A DNA stretch of 51,213 nucleotides from positions 1 through 51,213 of IMG/VR virus record IMGVR_UViG_3300010939_000106; one strand, 5' to 3'. The DNA comes from a virus. Taxonomy: Duplodnaviria; Caudoviricetes. The position numbers were made by a program, and so were the translations under genes. The notes beneath the pieces were generated by a model that was given only the letters and a program-made list of their open reading frames with translations, searched no databases and had not been told where the DNA came from. This document shows positions 43,485 through 51,213 of the stretch, piece after piece (positions within the stretch are counted from its first letter, which is position 1; every line of letters starts with the position of its first letter).

Positions 43485-43756
43485 AAGCCGTCGATGCGGT
43501 CGACCAACGGCTCCTTACGGCGCTCCGTCGAGCGGTGCAAGACATGAGGAACGGACGCTTCTCCTTCACCAATAACCTTCCGGGAGTGGCCGAGCGCTCG
43601 CTCAACAGCGCCGACGTAACCCTGACCCTAGAGCCCGAACCGTCTTCTGAAATCCTCGAGGGGCCCTGCTCTCAAACCGCAACCGAAGCCGGCGAAGGAT
43701 CCGCCACCCATAGCAGGGCTATTGCGGAGGACGGGCATGACGAAAGCAATGGCTGA
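43436..43756 (+). CDS. Early hypothetical protein
   Basis: RBS GGAGG. Confidence 0.45.
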   Translation: MHISILLEPKKLALNLKAVDAVDQRLLTALRRAVQDMRNGRFSFTNNLPGVAERSLNSADVTLTLEPEPSSEILEGPCSQTATEAGEGSATHSRAIAEDGHDESNG

Positions 43757-43837
43757 GGCCGAGGCCGCCGTCGCGGGGATCGGCAAGGCCCTCGAGCCAA
43801 CCCCATTCCAGGCCAAGCTCTGCCGCGAGGACAAGGA

Positions 43838-44125
43838 TTGACCATGGCCAAGTTCAACCGCCGTCAGGCTCTCAAGCTGTTCACCGAAGTCCTGGTCGCG
43901 GGCTATGCTGCGTTACAGCTTCCCTTCTCTGACCCGGTGCTGGCACCAAAGGCAACCGATGTCATGCGATTCGAGTTCTCGACCGCACATGCTCATATAA
44001 TCGCGCTCGGCACCGAGTTTTATGCAGCCGATTATATCGGGCGTTACCATCGCGTTTACCCCGTCGTCGCCCACGCCGCCGCTAACGTGCGCGAGATCGT
44101 CGACGCCCTCCGGGACCGATCATGA
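43838..44125 (+). CDS. Hypothetical protein with a twin-arginine-like N-terminus
   Basis: FNRRQALK followed by a hydrophobic stretch. Confidence 0.45.
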   Translation: MTMAKFNRRQALKLFTEVLVAGYAALQLPFSDPVLAPKATDVMRFEFSTAHAHIIALGTEFYAADYIGRYHRVYPVVAHAAANVREIVDALRDRS

Positions 44126-45006
44126 CCTGCATTGCCTACATCGAAAAGAATTTCTCCAACACCAGTCTTTCGATCATCGCCCACGCCAGCGGGATCATCG
44201 AGGAGTACAAACAGCAGGGATTCATCCTGACGCTTCGGCAGCTCTACTACCAGTTCGTCGCCCGCGATCTAATCGCCAACGACCAGCGCCAGTACAAGCG
44301 GCTCGGCTCCATCATCAACGATGCGCGTCTCACCGGTCTCATCAGTTGGACCGCCGTTGAAGACTTTACCCGGAACGTCCAGCGCAACGCCCATTGGTCG
44401 TCGCCGCGCGAACTCCTGCGCGCGGCGCGAGACAGCTACGCCACGGAGAAATGGAAGTCCCAGCCATACCGTGTTGAGGTCTGGATCGAGAAAGACGCCT
44501 TGACCGGGGTGATCGCGCCAGTCTGCGAGGAACTGGACGTGCCGTACACGTCCTGCCGCGGCTACTACAGCCAGTCCGAGCAGTGGCGCGCCGGACAACG
44601 GTTCAAGGGCTACATCGCCGCTGGGCAAACGCCTGTCGTCCTCCACCTCGGCGACCACGACCCCAGCGGGATCGACATGACCAGGGACAACCGGGAACGG
44701 CTGTCCCTGTTCGCCCGCACGCCGGTCGAAGTGCGCCGGCTTGCCCTCAATTACGACCAAATCGAGGAATTCCACCCGCCGCCAAACCCGGCGAAGGTCA
44801 CCGACAGCCGCATTGCCGGGTATGTGGCCCAATACGGCACGGAGACTTGGGAGCTCGACGCCCTCGAGCCGACCATCATTGCCCGATTGATCCGCGAAGC
44901 CGTCGCCGAGATCCGCGACGACAGCCTATGGGTGCAAGCGCTCGGTATCCAAGAGAAAGACCGAGCGCATCTCTCCGAATTCTGTGAGCAGCTTGGCGAT
45001 GAGTAA
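44122..45006 (+). CDS. Topoisomerase VI-A/JetD-like protein (winged helix + Toprim)
   Basis: LTLRQLYYQFV, VEVWIEKDAL, LHLGDHDPSG, WELDAL. Confidence 0.8.
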   Translation: MTCIAYIEKNFSNTSLSIIAHASGIIEEYKQQGFILTLRQLYYQFVARDLIANDQRQYKRLGSIINDARLTGLISWTAVEDFTRNVQRNAHWSSPRELLRAARDSYATEKWKSQPYRVEVWIEKDALTGVIAPVCEELDVPYTSCRGYYSQSEQWRAGQRFKGYIAAGQTPVVLHLGDHDPSGIDMTRDNRERLSLFARTPVEVRRLALNYDQIEEFHPPPNPAKVTDSRIAGYVAQYGTETWELDALEPTIIARLIREAVAEIRDDSLWVQALGIQEKDRAHLSEFCEQLGDE

Positions 45007-45205
45007 GGAACCCGACCATGCGTGAGCCGATCCCTGAATTTCTGACCCGCCCGCCGGTCACCCTGCCCCAGTTCGGCCGGCATCCTTGGTGGCGGCACCG
45101 CTGGCGAAGATCCCGCCGCCGAATCCGCGCAGACTTCCGCTGGCTGTTCTTCCGGCATCACACTTCCGTGACGCTCATCATCAACGTCCGCTGGCCCATC
45201 TCAGA

Positions 45206-45571
45206 ATGACCTTTCACCTCGCCCTCACCCCGACGGATCCAGGCATGCTGCTCGTCAACACCGACGACTGGCACGAGGCCGAGGATATGGCCTGGTACTA
45301 TTTTCGCTATGGCGGCAAAAACAGCGCCGGCGACAACATGTCGCTCCGCAAGGCCGACCTCCGGATCATCGTCGTCGCCGGCGCCGATCCGCCGCGCCCC
45401 GCCGCCATGCCCTTCGTCTATTGGTTCATTCCCGCCGAACGCTCGGACGCCTATTGGCTCGAGCGCCTGGGCCTCGGCCTCGACGATCCCCGCCTCCTCC
45501 ATATCGGCGCGCCGCCGCCGATCCAGGAGATCATCGCCGCGGCGCAGACAGCTGACAATCCCCATGGCTGA
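45206..45571 (+). CDS. Hypothetical protein
   Basis: ATGA-coupled start; protein-like composition. Confidence 0.5.
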   Translation: MTFHLALTPTDPGMLLVNTDDWHEAEDMAWYYFRYGGKNSAGDNMSLRKADLRIIVVAGADPPRPAAMPFVYWFIPAERSDAYWLERLGLGLDDPRLLHIGAPPPIQEIIAAAQTADNPHG

Positions 45572-45781
45572 GATCATCGATCTCGGGCGCGCCCGTTCCA
45601 GACAGCCGAGCGTTGCCCGGGGGTCGCGTGCGCCGGCGCTTGACGCTTCCACCCCTGTCGCCAGCGCCGGCCACGTTACCCCGATACATCGCGCGACCTG
45701 TGATTCCGACCGGCCATCCGACACCGAGCCGCCGACGCACCAAAGCCGCTTTGGCGACGGCGCACCGCCGGCGGGCGCAGT

Positions 45782-46036
45782 ATGAAGCAGCACCCCTCCA
45801 CCAACTCCCGCCCCGGTACCTGGAGCGGCAGCTTGCGGGTCTCTGTCAACCAAACCGGAGACGAGGTCACCTTGACGTTTCACTGCCGCAATAAAGCCGA
45901 CGCCAATGCCATCTTCGAGCGGGTTGACCGGCATCTGCGCTGCGGCGCCCTCCGGTTCACCATGTTCGACGCGTCGAGCGACAACGAAACATCAGAGGAG
46001 GCGAACGCCGTTCGCCTCTCGCCAGCTGAGAGCTAA
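45782..46036 (+). CDS. Hypothetical protein
   Basis: ATGA-coupled, 84 aa. Confidence 0.45.
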   Translation: MKQHPSTNSRPGTWSGSLRVSVNQTGDEVTLTFHCRNKADANAIFERVDRHLRCGALRFTMFDASSDNETSEEANAVRLSPAES

Positions 46037-46041
46037 CAGCT

Positions 46042-48144
46042 ATGTCGGAAAATAAAGCCATGGCCGCCGCCGAGGCGGATATCGCCAAGCAGAAGGCCGC
46101 GCCGCACGGAACCGCACTTACCCGAAATCTGCGCCAGAGGGTGAAACAGCGAGGCCTGTCCATCCGCGCGATCGCCGCCGGGGCCGGCGTCGACCACTCC
46201 GATCTCTCGCGTCTCCTCAATAACCAAAAGAAGCGGGTGAGCCTGGATTTGATCACCCGCTTGGCGGCCTACTTCGGCTGCACCGTCTCCGAGCTCCTGG
46301 ACGAGGCCGCGCCAGCCGCCGAGCCGGTCGAAGGCGTCGGCGTGATCGTCACCCTCGGCCAGATCAAGCCGCCGTCCTTCAATGCCCGCAAGCTGTTCGC
46401 CGAGGCACCCCTCGCCGAGCTCGCCGAGTCCATCGCCGAGCATGGGCTCTTGCAGGACCTGATCGTCCGATCGCTCGGCGGCGCCGGCCGCTATGAGCTC
46501 GTCGCCGGCGAACGCCGCTGGCGCGCGCTGCAGCGCCTCGCCAAGGACGGCCGCTGGAAGCCTCACCAGCCGGTGCCATGTCGCGTCGTCGAGGGTGATG
46601 ATGCCTCCATGCGCGCCGTGGCGTTGGTCGAGAACCTTCAACGCGAGGACCTGGCCCCGCTCGAGGAAGCCGAGGCCTACGCGGCGCTCTGCAAGCTCGA
46701 CCCCAAGACATGGACGTCGGCCACGATCGCCAAGAAAGTCGGCAAGACCCGGCGCCACGTGCAACTCCGCCTCTGGCTCCTGGCCAGGCTCGCGCCGCCG
46801 CTCAAGACGGCCCTCGCCGAGAACAGGATCACCCTGGCCCAGGCCCGCGCCGCCAGCGTCGCGACGCCGAAGCGCCAAAAGGAGCTTCTGCCCGACATGG
46901 TCGAGGATGGCGAGCTTGCCACCGCCGAGGACGTGCGGTACGCCGCGACGAGAGACTGGATCCCGCTTGAGCTTGCCATCTTCGACCTCGAGGGTCTCGA
47001 GTCCTCGATCGCCGAGGATTCTGAAACCGGCGAACGCTATTTCATCAATCACAAGCTGTTCCTCGAGCGCCAGAGCAAGGCCGCCGAGGCCAGGGTGGCC
47101 GAACTCAAGACGGTGTGGGCCTGGGCCGAGCTTCGCGACTACTATTCTGAATGGGAGTTTGGGCACAGTAGCGACAAGGCCAAGGCCGGAGCCATCGTCA
47201 CTTTCACTTCCTACAACGGCAAGGTCGGGGTCCACACTGGCCTGGTCAAGCGCGCGCCGGCGAAAGCTAAAGCCAAGGCCGACGCCCCACGGCCGGAGTT
47301 CACTAAGGCCCACTTGATCCATGCCCACAACGTCAAGACGTCCGCCCTACAGGCGGCGATCGCCGGCGATCACCGTAGCGCCTTGATCCTGGTGATCCTG
47401 GGCCTCATGGGCGCGACGCGTTGCGTCCACATCAGCGCCGACGGTCATGGCGCGAACGATTTGATCCTGGCGCCGGAAGTCGAAGCTATCCTCGACCGTC
47501 ACCGGCCATGGTTCAAGGATCTCCTGGCCCCCAAGGCCGAGGTCCACATGACGGCCGGGGTGCAGATCACCCCCGCCCGATACGAAATCGGCGCCGGGGC
47601 CGAGGACGAGGTGGCGCTCTATCAGGCCCTTAAAAGTATGGCCGATAGCGACCTTGACGAGCTGTTCGCCGCCCTTGTCGCCGCTCGCGCCGGCACGTTC
47701 AACGAATGGGGCCCTGAGCTCGGCGAGCGGCGGCTGGCCGTCGCCCTGGCCGACGATCTGAATATCGACATGGCCGACCATTGGCGGATCGACGAGGGCT
47801 ACCTCAAGCTCTGCCGCAAGGCCAGGCTCGCCGAGATCGCCGACGCGATCAAGGTCGGCTTACAGAAAACGCGGACAAGTCGGGGCTTAGGACCGCTCTT
47901 TCTCACTGCGGCCGAGCTCGAAAAACTTCCCGGCCCGAAACTACGCGCCGCCATCCTGGCCCGCCTCGAGGAATTGCGCGCCGCCGGCGCAGCCCCCTAC
48001 ATTCCCCGCGAGATGCGGTTCGGATCCAAGTCTGCCCTCGAGGCGCGCAAGCCTAAACCTCGGCCCACCCAAACCGCCGCCGCCGACAACGATCTTACCG
48101 CGAGCATCCCGCCTCATATGCAGCGCAAGAAACCCGATGGCTGA
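46042..48144 (+). CDS. ParB/Spo0J-family protein with an additional N-terminal XRE HTH
   Basis: GLSIRAIAAGAGVDHSDLSRLLN; LAESIAEHGLLQDLIVR; YELVAGERRWRA; ENLQREDL. Confidence 0.88.
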   Translation: MSENKAMAAAEADIAKQKAAPHGTALTRNLRQRVKQRGLSIRAIAAGAGVDHSDLSRLLNNQKKRVSLDLITRLAAYFGCTVSELLDEAAPAAEPVEGVGVIVTLGQIKPPSFNARKLFAEAPLAELAESIAEHGLLQDLIVRSLGGAGRYELVAGERRWRALQRLAKDGRWKPHQPVPCRVVEGDDASMRAVALVENLQREDLAPLEEAEAYAALCKLDPKTWTSATIAKKVGKTRRHVQLRLWLLARLAPPLKTALAENRITLAQARAASVATPKRQKELLPDMVEDGELATAEDVRYAATRDWIPLELAIFDLEGLESSIAEDSETGERYFINHKLFLERQSKAAEARVAELKTVWAWAELRDYYSEWEFGHSSDKAKAGAIVTFTSYNGKVGVHTGLVKRAPAKAKAKADAPRPEFTKAHLIHAHNVKTSALQAAIAGDHRSALILVILGLMGATRCVHISADGHGANDLILAPEVEAILDRHRPWFKDLLAPKAEVHMTAGVQITPARYEIGAGAEDEVALYQALKSMADSDLDELFAALVAARAGTFNEWGPELGERRLAVALADDLNIDMADHWRIDEGYLKLCRKARLAEIADAIKVGLQKTRTSRGLGPLFLTAAELEKLPGPKLRAAILARLEELRAAGAAPYIPREMRFGSKSALEARKPKPRPTQTAAADNDLTASIPPHMQRKKPDG

Positions 48145-48424
48145 CCGCGTCCTTATTTCCGCCGCCGAAGTGGCAACGAAACTCGGCCACGCCACCGACT
48201 GGTTCTACCGCCGCCGCGACCGTCTCGAGCGCGACCTGGGCTTTCCTCCCTGCGTCGCCGGCTGCGGCAAGCGCTGGGATCCCGAGGCCATCGACCGTTG
48301 GCTCGACGCTCAGATGCCGGCCCCCTTGCGGCCCACGGGCAAGCAGATCGACGACTCCTGGGCGCGCCGCCTCGACGCCCGGGCCGCCGCCCTGGCCGTG
48401 CGCATGGGCGAAGAAGCCGGTTGA
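48137..48424 (+). CDS. Putative excisionase (AlpA/MerR-like HTH)
   Basis: ISAAEVATKLG...GFPP...RWDPEAIDRWL; directly upstream of the integrase. Confidence 0.75.
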   Translation: MADRVLISAAEVATKLGHATDWFYRRRDRLERDLGFPPCVAGCGKRWDPEAIDRWLDAQMPAPLRPTGKQIDDSWARRLDARAAALAVRMGEEAG

Positions 48425-48484
48425 CAACCACCCGCCGTCAGCGAAGATGCCGGCGGCGCCGATTGCACAGGGAGGCACGAAGAA

Positions 48485-49633
48485 ATGGCCCGAATCAAAA
48501 TCCGCTATCTGACCGAGCGGTCCGCGCGCCGCGGCGGCGTCCGGCGTTTCTGGCAGCCCTCGGCCGCGCTCCGGACCGATGGCTGGCGCATGGTTCGCCT
48601 GCCCGACGATCCTGCGGCAGCCATCGCCGAGGCCGAGCGCCTGAACGCCCTCCTCGACGCCTGGCGCCGGGGTGAGGATATGCGTGATGTAATCCCGCCG
48701 GCAGTCAAGGCCCCGCACCGCATCCGCCCGGCGATCCGCACCGTCGACGCCCTGATCGCCGACTACCGCGCGGCCGAGGACTTCACCCGCCTCCGGGCCT
48801 CGACCCGGCGCGGCTACGAGCAGAACCTGGCCATCATCTCGGATTGGGCCGGCGATGCCCCGGTCCGGGCCCTGACCCCGAAGCGCTGCAGGGCGCTCCA
48901 TGCCCAGTTCAAGATCGAGACCCCGGCCAAGGCCAATGCGGTCCTCCGGGTCCTTCGCCTTCTCCTGGAGTACGGCCGCCGCGACGATTGGATCGAGATC
49001 AACCCAGCACGCAAACTGAAGCTCGCCGGGCTCCCGCCCTCAGGCCGGCTGTGGCCGCGCGAGGCGGTGCAGCTGTTCGCCCGGACCGCCGACCGGATGG
49101 GCCGACCGTCGATCGGCACCGCCGTTATCCTGAACGAGTGGCTCGGCCAGCGCGAGGGTGACCTGATCCGCCTATCGCGGTCGATCTACCGTGAAGGCAA
49201 CCTGTGGATCACCCAGGCGAAAACCGGGGCGCAGGTCACGTTGCCGGTAGACATGGTGCCGCACTTGCGCGCACGGCTCGAGGAGGAGCTCGCCCGCCAA
49301 ACCGTCGCCGAGGTCACCGCGACGACGCTCATCGTCTCGGAGGTCACCCGCCGCCCCTACGAGGCCGACAACTTTCGCCACGTCTTCGCCGCCGTCCGCG
49401 CCGAGGCCGCCAAGGAGATGCCGGAGATCGCGCAGCTTTGGTTCATGCATCTGCGTCACACCGCTATCACCCGCCTCGCCGAGGCCGGCTGCGAGCTGCC
49501 CGAGATCGCCGCCATCACCGGTCATTCCCTGCCGACCTGTCAGGCGATCATCGACCGCTACCTTATCCGCACCGGCGAGCTCGCCCGCGCCGCCTTCCAG
49601 AAACGCCTTGATGCGGAACGGAACGGCGCGTAG
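48485..49633 (+). CDS. int: Tyrosine integrase
   Basis: GQREGDL (R), QAKTG (K), HLRHT (HxxR), ITGH, DRY (Y). Confidence 0.95.
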   Translation: MARIKIRYLTERSARRGGVRRFWQPSAALRTDGWRMVRLPDDPAAAIAEAERLNALLDAWRRGEDMRDVIPPAVKAPHRIRPAIRTVDALIADYRAAEDFTRLRASTRRGYEQNLAIISDWAGDAPVRALTPKRCRALHAQFKIETPAKANAVLRVLRLLLEYGRRDDWIEINPARKLKLAGLPPSGRLWPREAVQLFARTADRMGRPSIGTAVILNEWLGQREGDLIRLSRSIYREGNLWITQAKTGAQVTLPVDMVPHLRARLEEELARQTVAEVTATTLIVSEVTRRPYEADNFRHVFAAVRAEAAKEMPEIAQLWFMHLRHTAITRLAEAGCELPEIAAITGHSLPTCQAIIDRYLIRTGELARAAFQKRLDAERNGA

Positions 49634-50194
49634 ATGGCAACAATCAAGGTCCGTTATTTCACGAAACGTGTCGGCAAACGCGGCAACGTCCGTTACTTTT
49701 GGGAGCCGGGCGGCGCTCTCCGCCAGAAAGGATGGCGCACAAGGAGACTGCCGGACAATGAATTGGATGCGATCACTGAGGCCGAGATAATCAATGCTGG
49801 TCTGGATATGAGCCGTCGTTCACACCAGCCGACCGAAGGCATCTCTATTAATTCCCAGCAACAGAAGTACACACCGGGTGGAATATATATCATCGCGTCA
49901 CCCAATGGCCCGGTGAAAATCGGAGTCACCACTAATCCGATGCGGCGACTAGCTCACCTCCAGCAGTCTACACCAAACAAACTGGATCTTCTATTCTACA
50001 TGAAGTGTCGTGAGATACACGCGACTACAGCCGAGCGGGTTGTCCATTATCTGTTGAGCGCCAAGCGATTAAAAGGCGAGTGGTTCGCCGTGACACCTGA
50101 GCATGCTATCGCCGCGATCTTCCGCGTACTGGGTTGGCATCCGCCTAAAGTCAAAATGTTCCGGGAGGCCATGCACGTAGACCGGCCCGATTAG
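49634..50194 (+). CDS. Fusion of an integrase N-terminal domain and a GIY-YIG (T5orf172/MUG113-like) nuclease
   Basis: First 58 aa align without gaps to the integrase N-terminus; GIYII...VKIGVTTNPMRRLAHLQ...ERVVH...RLKGEWF. Confidence 0.8.
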   Translation: MATIKVRYFTKRVGKRGNVRYFWEPGGALRQKGWRTRRLPDNELDAITEAEIINAGLDMSRRSHQPTEGISINSQQQKYTPGGIYIIASPNGPVKIGVTTNPMRRLAHLQQSTPNKLDLLFYMKCREIHATTAERVVHYLLSAKRLKGEWFAVTPEHAIAAIFRVLGWHPPKVKMFREAMHVDRPD

Positions 50195-50284
50195 TATTAG
50201 AGTGCTTTAATTTTCGTCGGTGAAGGCCCATAGTATAACAGCCTCTGACGGCCAACGGTTTCGTTTTCAACACAAAGCACCAAT

Positions 50285-50329
50285 CTCTTAATCAGCGGGT
50301 CCCGGGTTCGAGTCCCGGATCGCCCCCCA
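50285..50329 (+). tRNA. 3' half of tRNA-Lys(CTT): att core, not an intact tRNA
   Basis: ctCTTaatcagcgggtcccgggttcgagtcccggatcgcccccca: anticodon loop, T-arm with TTCGA, acceptor 3' strand and CCA; upstream sequence lacks a D-arm and 5' acceptor strand. Confidence 0.85.
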
Positions 50330-50372
50330 TATTTATCAAATAGTCACCACGCACTTCATCGTGCCTGGAGCT

Positions 50373-51213
50373 ATGCTGCCGATCTTCTCAAAGCCCGTGG
50401 ACCAAATCACCGCCGAGGACGTTAGCGCACTTGTGGCGAACAAGTGGCCCGAAGGCGACACGGTTGAGTTCAAAGAGGCGCTTCCCAGCAAGAAAGCCGG
50501 CGGTGATCCTTGGATCACTGGGGCCAACAGCATTTCGGATTACGCCCGCAATGAGATTTTGGCCGGGGTCGTGGCGTTCGCAAATGCTCATGGGGGCATG
50601 GTCATCCTCGGCATCGCGGAGACTACGGACAAGCTGCCCCGAGCTGCCGCTATCAACCCGCTTCCCCGTTGCGCGGAGCTGGCCGAGCGGCTTCTCGACC
50701 AGGCTCGGGAGTGTATTGAGCCCAAGCTGCCCGTGCTTTCCGTGCGAGGCGTTGAAATGGACAAAAAGGGCAACGGAGTTGTTGTCTTTCGCGTGCCCCA
50801 GTCACGTCTGGCTCCTCACCGGCTGGAGCCCACTCGTCACTGCTATTACCGAAGGGCGGCTAGCAGCGAGAAGATGACCATGCGGGAGATACAGGACCTC
50901 ACCTTGCGCCTTGAACGAGGTCTTGAGGCTATCGAACGGCGGTTTATAAAACAGCGAGAGGCGTTTGAGAAATGGGTCACGGCGGGGGGAATAGGTTCGG
51001 ATGGCGTTCCCGCTTTCGGCATAAAGAGCACGGCAATACCCATGTCTGCGGACCTAAACGTGGAGCGCGTTTACCAAAGGCCAGAATACCTCCCGGCTGT
51101 TCGCCCATTCGCCGCAAAGGTGGAGAAAAGCGGAGTCGAACTGCTAGTACCGAATATACCGGTCAGGGAAAGGCCGATACTCCGCGGGACGCTCAGAGAG
51201 TACGATGATAGGC
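50373..51213 (+). CDS. Schlafen/AlbA_2-domain protein (runs off the window; absent from the ORF track)
   Basis: RBS GGAG; MLPIFSKPVDQITAEDV...EGDTVEFKE...VVAFANAHGGMVILGIAE...VPQSRLAPH...YYRR. Confidence 0.8.
   Translation, partial: MLPIFSKPVDQITAEDVSALVANKWPEGDTVEFKEALPSKKAGGDPWITGANSISDYARNEILAGVVAFANAHGGMVILGIAETTDKLPRAAAINPLPRCAELAERLLDQARECIEPKLPVLSVRGVEMDKKGNGVVVFRVPQSRLAPHRLEPTRHCYYRRAASSEKMTMREIQDLTLRLERGLEAIERRFIKQREAFEKWVTAGGIGSDGVPAFGIKSTAIPMSADLNVERVYQRPEYLPAVRPFAAKVEKSGVELLVPNIPVRERPILRGTLREYDDR

Larger units (their letters stand above)
1..50329. mobile_element. Temperate podovirus-type prophage (or phage contig); left boundary lies outside the window
   Basis: Lysis, tail, head, packaging, replication, CI/Cro and integrase modules in phage order, ending at a tRNA 3' fragment. 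Confidence 0.95.

Noticed and set aside
50250-50329. Intact tRNA-Lys gene
   Set aside because: Sequence upstream of the anticodon loop cannot form the D-arm, the 5' anticodon stem or the 5' acceptor strand.

Overview
Almost the whole window (about 1-50329) is one temperate, podovirus-type prophage. High GC and a GcrA-like gene point to an alphaproteobacterial host. The minus-strand arm reads right to left: Cro-like HTH, HNH nuclease, a nucleotide-metabolism/DNA-modification block (Gp37Gp68 radical SAM, two MazG-like proteins, DUF4326, TSCPD, N4/N6 and C5 methyltransferases, GcrA-like protein), primase, P4/D5 helicase and a palindromic putative origin. It continues with TerS/TerL, DUF6362, small basic proteins, portal, a PAPS-reductase-like insert, scaffold, capsid, tail tubes, internal virion proteins, tail fibre and lysis genes. 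The plus-strand arm carries a CI repressor, early genes, an HTH-ParB protein, an excisionase, a tyrosine integrase and a tRNA-Lys(CTT) 3' half marking the att site, followed by a truncated Schlafen/AlbA_2 gene. The other att end is not in the window. Main observations: (1) a gene between integrase and att that fuses a copy of the integrase N-terminal domain (34/58 identical, counted by hand) to a GIY-YIG nuclease; (2) a C5 methyltransferase with two nested same-strand ORFs, one a complete HNH endonuclease with its own RBS; (3) a PAPS-reductase-like cassette flanked by a ~54-bp duplicated gene junction; (4) small basic proteins sharing a C-terminal L[AE]RAGL[VA][KR]R motif; (5) a zinc-finger fused to a lipoprotein in the lysis module. 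All family calls are by eye from motifs and synteny; no searches were run.
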